Shown: positions 49,880-62,389 of the stretch, in pieces
Layout: each line of letters begins with the position of its first letter
Position numbering within the stretch: position 1 is the stretch's first letter
Assembly (NCBI RefSeq): GCF_006345805.1
Contig: NC_042999.1
Coordinates: forward strand, 45,384,001 to 45,448,000
Length of the DNA: 64,000 nucleotides
Source: Octopus sinensis
Lineage: Eukaryota
Reading direction: 5' to 3'
Made by a program: the position numbers and the translations under genes
Notes under the pieces: generated by a model
Databases searched by the model: none
Told to the model about the DNA's origin: nothing
Seen by the model: the letters and a program-made list of their open reading frames with translations, nothing else

Positions 49880-51790
49880 CGTCTTGTAGTCAAGGGCTCT
49901 TTGTTGACGGCCGACACTACTGGGAAGTGGCCCTCGATGTCGCTGGAAATGGAGATCTCCAGGTTCAAATTCTTGAATGGCAGAGGCATGGAAGAGCCAT
50001 AACAAGAAGTTGTTGAATAAGGAAAATGCATGGAAAAACAAGGGCCCACCTCAAATAGAGCACATGGTGGGAACTGTTATTCAAGTTGACGGCAATATGG
50101 TAGATGGAGTGATTAAGAATATCAAGGCAAGTAAAGCACCTTGTGTATAAGAAAATACTGCTGAGATACTTAAAATGTGTGAAGTGGATCATAGGTCAGC
50201 TGTCCACATAGTCAACCAGGTAGTACAGGGAGGGGGAGGTGTGCTGTACCCAGTACCTGACATAGCAATGACATTGACAACAACTACAAGGGCAAAGGAA
50301 ATGCACAGGAAAAAGAAAAGCAGTGAAGCCCAAATTGTTGAACCAGGTTATTGAAAGTATTATAGCTCAAATGATTAGGAAGAAAATCAATTTAGATGAA
50401 ATAAGATTTTGTTTCCTGCCAGAGGGATATACTGCTGTTGTTATCTAAATAATGAGACAGCTGTAAGAGAAATACTTAACTATGGTTGATATTTATCAAA
50501 GTTGAAAAGACCTTGGACAAGATTTCCGGTTCTGTGATCTGGTGATTACAGAGGCGGCTTGGATACATAAATGGTTTGAGAGAACAGCTGTACAAATGAT
50601 ATACAGAGGCTCAGTAATGAGTTCAAAATACCCCAAATAGTGCCCATGGTGGGAATTGTTATTCAAGTTGACAGCAGCATTGTAGATGGAGTGATTAAGA
50701 ATGTCAAGGCAAGGAAAGCACCTTGTGTATAAGAAATTACTGCTGAGACACTTGAAATATGTGGTGAAGTAGATCATAGGCTAGTTATCCTCATAGTCAA
50801 CCAAGATTTTAGGATTCAGGTAGGGTACCAGCAGTGCTCAATCCTCAGTCTCAATCGGCTCTTTATTGTCCTCCAAGCTATAAGTGAAAAGTTTAAGACC
50901 AGCTGTCCATGTGAATTCCTGTGTGCTGATAACCTAGTTCTTTTAGCTGAATCAGTAGTGGCTTTAAAGAAGAAATTCAATATGTAGAAGCAAAATCTAG
51001 AATTGAGTGAGTCAGTGTAAACTTAGCAAAGACTAAAGTATTAATAAATAAGAGATACCATAGAATAATCGAATAATAGATTCTATCAAAAGCATGGAAG
51101 GATACCTAAAAGTAGTTGAAAGCTTTTGCTATCTAGCTTATTTAATTAGCAGTGAAGTGGGTGTTCTAAAAGCTTAGTAGCCAGAGTGAGAACAGAATAA
51201 GAAAGTTCAGAGAGCTTTTACCTCTGCTGGCAGCACAAAGTTTCCTGCTCAGATTAAATGGCAGATTATTTGACACTTGAGTACGAAGTGCAATATTGAA
51301 AGTAGCAAGATGTGGGCCTTTAATAAAGAGGATTTGCAAAGATTAAAAAGAAATGAAGTGAATATTATACACCCTGCATGCTTTCTAGAATGTGTGATAT
51401 TAGTGTGTGTGATTAATACATGAATGGGTAAAGAAAAAAATTATTTTCAAGTGAGAGTTGGTAAATGAGTTCAGTGACAATTTTAGTGTAAGAGTAAAGT
51501 CCTTTCTCCTAAACACAACATTAGATGTTGCATGTAAAGGAGATGATTACAATGATTTGGGCATGAGATAGATATGGAGGAGGGAAACTGTATAAAGAAA
51601 TGCTACATTAAAGTGAATGTAACCTATAGAAAAGAGAGACTGAGAAGGAGTTGGGATGAGGTAGTGAAGACTAATCTCAAGATATTGCACCTTACAAAAG
51701 AGATGACAAAAGAACATAGAGATTGGTGTTACACAATGCTGAAAAAGATTCATCTACCTGGGTTAGTATGGTAAACTGAAAGCAAAACTG
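49880..51790 (+). mobile_element. Decayed RTE-clade LINE with an internal duplication of about 165 bp
   Basis: Remnants resembling AWKSH.KKLLNKEN, IK.GKAP, RQL.EKY, a PWELLYADDLVL-like segment and the C-terminal RTE motif. 50050-50215 recurs at 50633-50800. Confidence 0.8.
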
Positions 51791-51859
51791 GGGACATTGG
51801 AGGCTGAGAGTTATAGCCAGTAGAAACACCTCAACCTGAACTTGCTGTAGTAGTTCATA

Positions 51860-52700
51860 TTCTAGGGTACACAGTGTTTCTCTACTGCATTTTCATTAAG
51901 CTTTTATAGTATCAGACCAAAAGCTCCTTCCTGTCATGCTTCCCTGATGAGTTCAAGAGAACAAGGAACAGCTCTTGATGTAAATAAAGTTCAGTAGAAA
52001 CCTGGAGAATGTTTTGGATACAAAACTGAAGAAAATCTTGCTCTCCATTCTGAGGAAGAAGACGATACAACATTTGTTGATTTTCTCAACACTTTTGTTT
52101 CTGGGTATGTATACCCCTTCAGTATACTTTAATATCCAGGCAACATTCCCTCTCCTGAAAATTACTTTCAGGGACTTCCAAAGTTGATGGTATAACTTTA
52201 GATAGTTTTTGCAAAACTTGTAAGAGACTTCACTTGAACCTGGTGCTGAGTTATTTCTTGCTCTTCTTACTATTTTCACTTCTCTAAGGCAAGACTCCTC
52301 TCAGCTGAATTCGAGTGCTGGTACTGGTGAAGTTATAAGTACCTTGTTCAAACCCGGCAGTTAATCTCTCACGCTCTTTCTCTTACTGTCATTGTAAATA
52401 CCCATGAGATGCTCATTAATGGTGTCTTTGAAACAGGTTATTTCAACTAGTCCTCTTCAGATTGTGGAGCTGCTTTGTCAAGCTGTAAGATTTATCCAGC
52501 ATTGTGTCCCTATTCCTTGCCCCCTCCCTTCATCTCATTCCATGGTTCTCTGGTGTCATCAATAACAAGAGCTCCTTCCTGCAGGTTGTCCAAAGATTTG
52601 TGAGACCAGTCTTTTCAAACTCCTATGCTTCTTGAGCAACTTAAATTCATTCCTGAGACACTAGATTGTCATTGTCCCATAGTTTGCTGTCTATGCTGAT
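51860..52700 (-). mobile_element. NeSL/R2-like LINE fragment (reverse transcriptase N-terminal part)
   Basis: VRRARNNSAPGSSEVSYK...LWK...EGVYIP...ESKIFFS...LIREA. Confidence 0.75.
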
Positions 52701-52840
52701 GGTATGAATTTGGTCTCCACTGTCCCAAAATACTCAACAGCAAAGTTCACTAAGATGATGCTCATACAATTCTGTAAGTACATATCTATCTGTCTGTCTG
52801 TCCGTCAATTTATCTATCTATACACATACATGCATACATC

Positions 52841-52902
<62 letters not shown>

Positions 52903-53483
52903 TACATTTACTACATCTGCTCTTTCTATCCTTCTCTGTACATTGGTCAAATGGGATGCCACTTGGCTGACTGGTTTGTGGAGCACCTCTGAGACATTAG
53001 ACTTGGCAATGACATCCTGGCCCCGTGCCATTTCCGGTGTACCAGTCATTCATTACAACACCTGTCTGTGTTCGCATTGTCTTTGCACAGGGGCCATCTG
53101 GACTCCCACCTTTGCCATGAACAGGACTTAATCTTATCTCTTCACTCCTTTGCACCACATGAGCTCAACTCCCCTCCCCTCTTCATCTGATTTCCCTCCT
53201 TTCCTCTTTTCATCCAATACCAACTTCCTCTCTTCACTCCTACCCATTTTCTGCTTTCATTGATACCCCCTCCATCCACACCCCACACCAAACATCCCCT
53301 TCCTACATACCCCATCCCTACCCCATATCTTCACCCCCCCCACCCCCCCACCCCAACACCCCCACACCACTCCACTGCACCACATCACACCACACCACAC
53401 CACTCCACAAATGCTAGCACTGACCACTTCCCAGTACCCACACCATCATCCACACACCCACACATTACAGATGCACACACACA

Positions 53484-53524
<41 letters not shown>

Positions 53525-53864
53525 CCACACGTTAAAGTCACCAGCCCCTATTCACATGCACACACTTACACACTCTCACATACACACACCTTCGTTTTGG
53601 GATCTCCAGTATTTTATTATCTCCCCTTCTTCCTAGCTTTCCCGTCTAACTACCTTTGTCCAACCAGTCACCATGATTGACCATCAACTCCAAAAGTTTT
53701 TTTTTATATTCTCTCTCTGTTTATTTCCTCATGTTCCTAAATGTTGAAGGGAATAAGCTTGAGACGTAAAAGACTTTCTCACCTTTCTGAGCATCAAACT
53801 AATACACCTGCTTATTGTTTATACACCTGTCTTTTTCTTTTGTTTTTCTGTAGTAAATTTCAAC

Positions 53865-53932
<68 letters not shown>

Positions 53933-53933
<1 letters not shown>

Positions 53934-54370
53934 TAACAGAGACACCCAGCATTGCTCGGGATTAAAATGGCATAGTTTGTATATAATATATTACAGTTAT
54001 GTTGAAACAGGTAATATGGGAAAGTGCAGCGTTGACAACAAAACATTTGTGGAGTAAATGATGGGCTAATTCGACTAAGCAGCATGCTATGCATCTGTTT
54101 GGAGTATTTCAGACCCTAACCTAGGTGGGTGGGGGGTTTTATGAATTTTGAACACACCGAGAAGCTGTCAGTAGATATACTCTCTTTTGCAGCAGTCAGC
54201 ACTGTGTCTAACACAACCCATCATCTGAAATGTTGACACCCACTTCGGGTTTGGTGTCCTACATCACTCATAAAGTAAATTTGGAGGAACTGTGGTTGTT
54301 CATTTATGGGTAACAGGGAACCAATTTAGTGATAGATGTATGTATTTATGAAAATATTTGCTCAGGAGTG
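53933..54370 (-). mobile_element. Helitron-like 3' end
   Basis: ACTAACAGAGACACCCAGCATTGCTCGGG resembles the reverse complement of the hairpin-CTAG end at 43336. Confidence 0.5.
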
Positions 54371-54384
54371 TTGATATACATATA

Positions 54385-54938
54385 CACTGACATGCAGGAA
54401 GTAAATAGACACATTTTAATTTTCAAAACCTTTTATTTGATATTAATTGGTTGAAGGAAAGGTTGTCTTCTAGCTGCTTGTCCATAATACCCAAGCTTAT
54501 GCTGATATGTAATACATGTTCTTGGACTAACTTCTAGCTGTTTCGCAATGTCAGAAGCCTTCGAACGGTGCTCGTCTTCCACAATTCTCTTCAGAGAGCG
54601 AAGCTTCTTTTCCGAGGGCCCAGGTCAGCCAGGACAAGAATCTGTTGATTCTTTTCTTTGGCTTTTGAATTGCACTATAATTCTATTAACAGTAGCAAGA
54701 GGAATTTGAAGATTTTCGGCAATTTTTCGCTGGCTAAGACCTGCCTCAGATTGCCCAACAATATGACATGACCTCTTTGAAGATCTGACAGTTGTACTGA
54801 GGTTTTTATGCGTGGCATGGTTACTCTTCGCAAATGTTTAATATAATGGCACTTGGAATGAAAAAGAATGATTACATTGTAAATTCTACTCCGATGAAAA
54901 CATATTAAAGGTGTCTACTTACTTCCTGCATGTCTGTG
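54385..54938 (-). mobile_element. Internally deleted Tc1 element
   Basis: TIRs CACTGACATGCAGGAAGTAAATAGACAC / GTGTCTACTTACTTCCTGCATGTCTGTG flanked by TA. Frameshifted N-terminus from ATG 54818: [16 protein letters not shown]...[22 protein letters not shown]. Confidence 0.9.
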
Positions 54939-54959
54939 TATGTCTATTCGTTTATATCT

Positions 54960-55323
<364 letters not shown>

Positions 55324-55664
55324 GTGGTTAGAGGTTGGTGGGTTGTCTAATGTAAATATGTAGGCATGTATGTAAGAATACAGATGTATTCAAGTATGTG
55401 TGGTCTGTGTACAAGTGTGCACATGCTCAAAAACATGCCTTGCAATGGGGGAATGAGGTGTGAGGTGGAGTAGGAGGTAAAAGAAAACAGATTATCATTG
55501 AAACTATATTTCCATTCAACCATTCAATTGTTGGTATTGAGCTGTTCACATCAGAATTCACGACTTTCTTTTCAGAATACAATAGAGGAATAAATTCTTT
55601 TGCAAAGTGCTTATTACAAATTGTATGTATATAATATTTAAAAAAAAAATGAATTAATAAATAA

Positions 55665-56006
55665 TAGTAACAGTAATAATGATGGTGGTGGTAGTGGTGT
55701 TGGTGGTGGTGGTTTTGGTAGTGGCAGTGGTGATGATGATGGTGGTGGTGGTGGTGGTGTTGGTGGTGGTGGTGGTGTTGGTGGTTTTGGTGGTGGTGGT
55801 GGTGGTGGCGGCGGTGATGGCGGCGGTGATGATGATGGTGTTGGTGGTGGTGATGGTGGTGGTGATGGTGGTGGTGGTGGTGGTGGTTTTGGTGGTTGCG
55901 GTGGTGATGATGATGATGATGATTGTGGTGGTAGTGGTGTTGGTGGTGGTGGTTTTGGTGGTGGTGGTGATGGTGGTGGTGGTGGTAGTGGTGGTGGTGG
56001 TGGCAG

Positions 56007-56039
<33 letters not shown>

Positions 56040-56115
56040 TGATGATGATGATGGTGGTGGTGGTGGTGGTGGTGGTGATAATGATGATGATGATGATGAT
56101 ATGAAGAAGAAGATG
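55665..56115. repeat. (GGT/GAT)n compound trinucleotide repeat
   Basis: Directly visible; source of the poly-His, poly-Thr and poly-Val ORFs. Confidence 0.95.
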
Positions 56116-56586
56116 AAGCAAAAAAAATATACAACTTAGCTTAACAAAAGATCAGAAGGATAACCTATATGCAGATAATGTATGCAGATATAACCTCTGC
56201 TCTGACATTGTTTGGAGAATAAGTTCCATAAAGTTTTATATACTATTCGAATGGTTTTTGAAAACCTGATAAAGTAGTTTTAACCTTTCATATTGTCCGC
56301 ATTTTGGTGCCGAATATAAATGTTTCATTTATGTAATTTTTTTATATTCAATCATTCTTCACTCATTCATTCTTTTATTCATCCTGGTATTGTTTTTACT
56401 AAAATAAATTTGTAGGATTGTGTTTTGTTTATTTTATCTATTTATCTGTTTATATATTTATTTATCTATTTATTGCCAAAATTTGGATATGTATGTATGA
56501 GGTTAACTGAAGTGAGAAGAAGACTATACAAAGCTGTTATCTTTGCCAAAAAAAAAAAAGAATAGCAAAACCCAATTCTCATATTA

Positions 56587-56906
56587 TTTATTTTTATTTA
56601 TGCGCCCTTTTCAAGCCTAGCCAGGCTCATGGGCCCGGTTTCCCGGTTTCTATGGCGTATGTGTTCCCCTTGCCAGCTGGACGGGACGCCAGTCCATTGC
56701 AGCGTTACTCAAGAAACAGGAAGAAAGAGTGAGAGAAAGTTAGGGCAAAAGAGTACAACAGGGGTTGCCACCACCCCCTGCCAGAGCCTCATGGAGCTTT
56801 AGGTGTTCTCGCTCAATAATCACACATAACACCCGGTCTGGGAATCGAAACCGCGATCCTCCGACCGCAAGTCCGCTGCCCTAACCACTGGGCCAATGCA
56901 GCTCCA
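56587..56906 (-). mobile_element. tRNA-derived SINE family E
   Basis: A box TGGCCCAGTGG, B box GTTTCGATTCC, (TAAA)n tail, and a 14-bp TSD CAATTCTCATATTA at 56573-56586 and 56907-56920. Confidence 0.9.
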
Positions 56907-56934
56907 CAATTCTCATATTACTGACTATAACTGA

Positions 56935-57200
56935 ATGCTTGTGGCCTAGTGGTTAAGATGTTGCACTCATGATTGTGAGATCATGGGTTCGATTCTCAGA
57001 CCAGGCAGGGCATTGTGTTTTTGAATAAAACATTTTGTTCTGCAATCACTTTAACATCTGACACATGGCACACCATGTTCAGACAACATCAGTTTGATGG
57101 AAAGAGTGAGCCAATGTACAACGCAAATATTTGATCACTGTAAACAAATCATCTGTGCAAAGTTGCTCAACAAGAAATTGCAAAACTGTATTTCTTAGTT
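56935..57200 (+). mobile_element. Diverged tRNA-derived SINE
   Basis: TGGCCTAGTGGTTAAG and GGTTCGATTCTC boxes followed by a CORE-like segment. Confidence 0.7.
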
Positions 57201-57597
57201 CAAGAGACAATTATTATTACTGATTGTAACTATTTCCCCTTAGTCCTTGCATTTTTTGCCAGTCTTCTCTGAGGTTGTATCTATTTTGATGCGTGTTCAT
57301 ATAGGAAAAAAAAACTGTTTCTTTTCTTTTAATCAGAAGGCAAGGTAGTGCCTGTATACTTTTTACAGGGTCTCTGAACTCTGTAAATTCTCCAGAATTT
57401 TCAACTAGTATGACTGTCTCATTTAAAATAAGACATCTATAATGACTTGGTAGCCACTTTTTTTCTGTCTTCTAAGCGTATTTATCCAATCTTCTAAGTT
57501 GTTTTTCAATTATTCTGTGTTCGAGATTGTCTTTATTTTCTGTAGCATACCAATTCATTCAGCACTTGTAAGATTGTTTATAAATATATATATATGT

Positions 57598-57739
57598 ACT
57601 CTTTTACTCTTTTACTTGTTTCAGTTGATAAATTAAGTACTAGTAAAATACTGGGGGTTGATGTATTTGACAAGTCCCCTCCCCCAAATTTCAGGCCTTG
57701 TGTCTTTAGTAGAAAGAATTATTATTATTATTATTATTA

Positions 57740-57784
<45 letters not shown>

Positions 57785-58013
57785 TATTATATTATTATTT
57801 AGATGGCAAACTGGCAGAATCGTTAGCACACTGGGCAGAATGCTTTGCAGAATTTCGTCTGCCACTATGTTCCGAGTTCAAATTCCGCCAAGGTCGACTT
57901 TGCCATTCATACTTTCAGGGTCGATAAATTAAGTATCAGTTGGACACTGAGATTGATGTGATTGACACATTCCTTCCCCCAAAATGGCAGGCCTTGAGGC
58001 AAAATTTGTAACC

Positions 58014-58063
<50 letters not shown>

Positions 58064-58090
58064 CATTATTATTATTATTATTAGTAGTAG
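57598..58090 (+). mobile_element. Two SINE family A copies with (TAT)n tails
   Basis: Copies at 57598-57720 and 57800-58015. Confidence 0.8.
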
Positions 58091-58116
58091 TAGTAGTAGT
58101 AGTAGTAGTCGTAAGT

Positions 58117-58452
58117 CAAAGCATATGGCTCAGTAGTTAGCACATTGATCTTATGACTGTGAGGTTGTGAGTTCAAATCCCAAACGGGCTGCGTGTTGTG
58201 TTCTTGAGCAAGGCACTTTATTTCACGTTGCTCTAGTTCACTCAGCTGTAGAAATGAGTTGCGACATCACTGATGCCAAGCTGTATCGGCCCCTTTGCCT
58301 TTCCCTTGGATAACATCGGTGGTGTGGAGAGGGGAGGCTGGTATGCATGGGCGACTGCTGGTCTTCTATAAACAACCTTGCCCGGACTTGTGCCTTGGAG
58401 GGTAACTTTTTAGGTGCAATCCCAAGATCCTTTGTGACCAAAGGGGGTCTCC

Positions 58453-58453
<1 letters not shown>
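58117..58453 (+). mobile_element. tRNA-derived CORE-type SINE inserted in a (TAG)n tract
   Basis: A and B boxes, TGTGTTCTTGAGCAAGGCACTT; (TAG)n on both sides. Confidence 0.85.
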
Positions 58454-58490
<37 letters not shown>

Positions 58491-59104
58491 TTACTTACAA
58501 AGCTACTGTTTCCATTTCAGAGATGTTTGACTTATGGCCAGCTGTGAGAACTCATGCGCTAACATTTCATATATGAATATTCAAATTGGTAAAATTTAAG
58601 TATAATAAAAGAAAAACACAAAAGAATATACAAAAAAAAAAGAATTTCTCAAATAGGAGAAAAGAAAAAGCAAAAAAAGAAGTAACATCTGTAACATTTT
58701 CAAGAAGAAATAAAATATGAAAAAAAAAAAAAATTGCAGGTTTTGATTGAAATAATCATATTTGAAAAATACTGTCTTCTGTCAGGATTTTTAAATTAAA
58801 ATTGAGAAATGTAAAACAAAAAACAAGAAAACAATGAAAGAAAGCAAACAAGAAACAAGTAAAAGAAGTTGGGCTAAGTTTAATGTGCATCCTGCTGCCA
58901 TTCCATTATATAATCAGAAGAAATATTTCATTCAATATTATTCAATATTAACAGCCAAAGAAAAAGTTTACAAATGAAAACAAAGGAATATTATTTTTTT
59001 TACATATGATGCAGGTATGGTTGTGTAGTTAAGAAATTCACATCTCATTCAGAACACAACCATAGAGATTATGAGTTCAATCTCACTGCACATCATGTAT
59101 ATCA

Positions 59105-59275
59105 TCATCATAATCATCTTCATTTAACATCTGTTCCCCATGCTGGCATGGGTTGGATGGTTTGACCAGAACTGGCTTAGCTAAGGAGCTGCACCAGCTC
59201 CAGTCTGTTTTGGCATCGTTTGTATGGCTGGATGCTCTTTCTAACGCCGACCACTTTACTGAGTGTGCTGGGTTA
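59105..59275 (-). mobile_element. SINE family C
   Basis: CATGCTGGCATGGGTTGGATGG...GGATGCTCTTTCTAACGCC. Confidence 0.75.
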
Positions 59276-59304
59276 TTTTATATACATACATACATACATA
59301 CATC

Positions 59305-59525
59305 ATATACTCTTTTGCTCTTTACTCTTTTACTTGTTTCAGTCATCTGATTGTGGCCATGCTGGAGCACCACCTTTTGTTGAGCAAATCGCCCCCAGGA
59401 CTTATTCTTTGCAAGCCTACTACTTATTCTATCAGTTTCTTTTGCTGAACCGCTAAGTTACGGGGACGTAAACACACCAGCATCGGTTGTCAAGCAATGT
59501 TGGGTGGACAAACACAGACACACAA

Positions 59526-59595
<70 letters not shown>

Positions 59596-59756
59596 CGGGC
59601 TTCTTTCAGTTTCCGTCTGCCAAATCCACTCACAAGGCTTTGGTCGGCCCGAGGCTATAGTAGAAGACACCTTCGCAAGGTGCCACGCAGTGGGACTGAA
59701 CCCAGAACTGTGTGTTTGGTAACCAAGCTACTTACCACACAGCCACTCCTACACCT
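59305..59756 (-). mobile_element. SINE family B
   Basis: Full family B structure. Confidence 0.9.
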
Positions 59757-59761
59757 TATAC

Positions 59762-59855
<94 letters not shown>

Positions 59856-60029
59856 AAAACATTCATTTACCAGTGGATGTTGTGTTAGACCTCACAAATA
59901 CTCCAATATTTACCAAAAGATCATGAGGGATTTTTTACTATTTGGCATTAATAGTGCTTCTGTTGGTCACTTTATTTTTTACTACACAACACACACACAC
60001 ACACACACACACTCACTCACTCACTCACT

Positions 60030-60430
60030 CACACTCATTACTTTACTTGTTTCAATTACAAAACTGCAACCATTCTTGAGCATTGCCTTGAAGAAGATTA
60101 GTCTAGCTAATCAACCCCAGTGATTATTTCAAGTCTGATGTTTATTCTATCAGTTTTCTTTTGCTTGACTGCTAAGTTATGATGCATAAACAAACCAATA
60201 ACAGTTGTCACATGGTAACAGAGAAACACAAAAACACACACACATATAACAATCCAAACACACACATACATACAAACATACATACAACAGGCTTCTGCAC
60301 AGTTTCCGCTTGCCAGATTCACTTCCAAGGCATTGGCTGACATGGAACTAGAAGACACTTGCCCAAGGTATTGCTTAGTAGAACTGAACTCGAAACTGTG
60401 TGATCGTAAACTTCTCAACCTCATGATCAT
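60030..60430 (-). mobile_element. SINE family B (older, diverged)
   Basis: Recognisable but CpG-depleted. Confidence 0.75.
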
Positions 60431-60691
60431 ACCTGAACAAATGTGTGTATACATGTGTATGTGTATTTGGTTGTGTGCATATGCATATGTGTGTGCGTGT
60501 GCATGTGTGTGTGTGTGCGTGTGCATGTTTATATGTATTGGTATGAGACGCATAAAAAATCAGTGCATCAAACAATGCAATACCTTGTGGTATTGACTTC
60601 AGTCCTGCTTATGCATGTTTAAGGCCAGGTCAGTTTTAACTTTCTCCTTTTATGAGGTTGATAAAATGTTCCTAATTAAAAAATAATTTAA

Positions 60692-60855
60692 TAGGTGCAG
60701 GAGTGGCTGTGTGGTAAGTAGCTTTCTTACCAACCACATGGTTCCGGGTTCAGTCCCACAGCATGGCATCTTGGGCAAGTGTCTTCTACTATAGCCTTGG
60801 GCCGACCAAAGCCTTGTGAGTGGATTGGTAGATGGAAACTGAAAGAAGCCTGTCG

Positions 60856-60917
<62 letters not shown>

Positions 60918-61130
60918 ATGTTTGTGTGTCTGTGTTTGTCCCCCTAGCATTGCTTGACAACCGAAGCTGGTGTGTTTACGTCACCGTCACTTAGCGGTTC
61001 GGCAAAAGAGACCGATCGAATAAGTACTGGGCTTACAAAGAATAAGTCCTGGGGTCGATTTGCTCAACTAAAGGTGGTGCTCCAGCATGGCCGCAGTCAA
61101 ATGACTGAAACAAGTAAAAGTAAAAAAAGT
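60692..61130 (+). mobile_element. SINE family B (young)
   Basis: Close to the family consensus. Confidence 0.92.
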
Positions 61131-61721
61131 AATGAGTTTGATATAATAAATACTGGACAAAGTACAGGAACCATTTTAATGATCTAAAGCACTAGAAGAT
61201 ATTGTTCCAGAAAGGTTACAGTTCAATGGCTGAAACCAGTAAATGACCAAGTTGTCTGTATTTAAAGTATACTGACTATTACAGCCAATACTATCTGAAA
61301 GAACCTGTGTTATTATATATTCAGCTATGTGACCACATTTCCTTTTGCATTTAATTTGTGTTAGTTACTACTATTTTTTGTTCTCAGTTCAATCCCACCA
61401 GAGCCTACCTGAGTGGCTGACTTAATCTGTCCCCCAATTTAACACCATCATCATTTGACACTTAGGTACTTTTAGAGAAGTCCATTCAATTTCAAGCATT
61501 CAGAACAGGTTTCTGGTTTGAAGATACCTTCTGCCTATTAGTCTTGTAGGCCCTAGTAAAGAACTATGGGCATTGCCCAGTGGTGTAGCTAATAGGGAAG
61601 CAAGGGGACCAACTGTTCCCCCAAGCACATTTTTCAAATTTGACCCCTTCAACATATGAAATGGTATCAGGTAGTTCCTGGGTCAGGCTTAAAAAAAAAG
61701 CATCAGTATGCTAGTAAATAT

Positions 61722-61935
61722 TTCTTTATGCTATAGGCACAAATCCTGAAATTTTAGTGGGAGGGAGCTAGTTGAAAACATTGACCCCAGTGTTCGACTA
61801 CTATGTATTTTATCAACACCGAAAGGATGAAAGGCAAAATCAATCTTGGTGACATTTGAACTCAGAATGTAAAGCAGGAAGAAATACCACTAAACACTTT
61901 GTCTAATACAGTAACAATTCTGTCAGCTTGCCACC
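61722..61935 (-). mobile_element. SINE family A
   Basis: Reverse-complement match to family A. Confidence 0.75.
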
Positions 61936-61949
61936 AAATATGCTCGTAA

Positions 61950-62172
61950 ATAATGTATTTCATATAACATTTATATTCTGGTATCATTCTCTTTGAAATA
62001 GTCTCCTTTGGGAAGGTGTACAGTGATTCTAGTACACCATCCATATTTCAGAAGCTCTACAGAAGACCTCTTTATGAAAGCTGTTCAATACTATCTACAA
62101 TTCTGTCCAAATTTCTACTCTCTTGAAGCAGCACCTCTAATTTCAGTTTGGGAAACAAAGCAAAGTTACAGG
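61950..62172 (-). mobile_element. Mariner 3' remnant
   Basis: PCNFALFPKLKL motif and decayed C-terminus. Confidence 0.6.
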
Positions 62173-62389
62173 GGTAGTTGAAGACACTTGCCCGAGGTGC
62201 CATGCTGTGGGATTGAACCCAGAACCATGTGGTTGGGAAGCAAACTTCTTACCACACAGCCATGCCTTTGATTTTTACTACAAATGTGCACAGTACTTCT
62301 ACTTGACGGCCTCTGTCCAATTATCTTAAATAAGTGTAATAGAACAGAGGCTGTCAAGTGGAAGTAAAAGCAATAATGTGAAAAAGACT

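Noticed and set aside
49834-50016. ORF containing GRHYWEV, resembling a B30.2/SPRY motif
   Set aside because: It lies in the decayed RTE LINE. The adjacent LDVAGN and AWKSH sequence fits the RTE ORF, and no other SPRY motifs or splice sites support it.
51928-51965. CTGATGA-GTTC-AAGA-GAAC hairpin resembling a hammerhead
   Set aside because: No GAAA core follows, and the bases are the antisense of LINE reverse transcriptase coding sequence (LIREA).
55427-56134. 235-aa His-rich ORF, and the similar poly-S, poly-I/Y and poly-H/T ORFs across the track
   Set aside because: These are translations of microsatellites, with no coding signature.
58499-58590. Good splice-like signals on both strands (TTTCAG on +, GTAAGT on -)
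   Set aside because: Frames are short or closed by stops, and the two strands conflict. There is no way to choose without RNA data.
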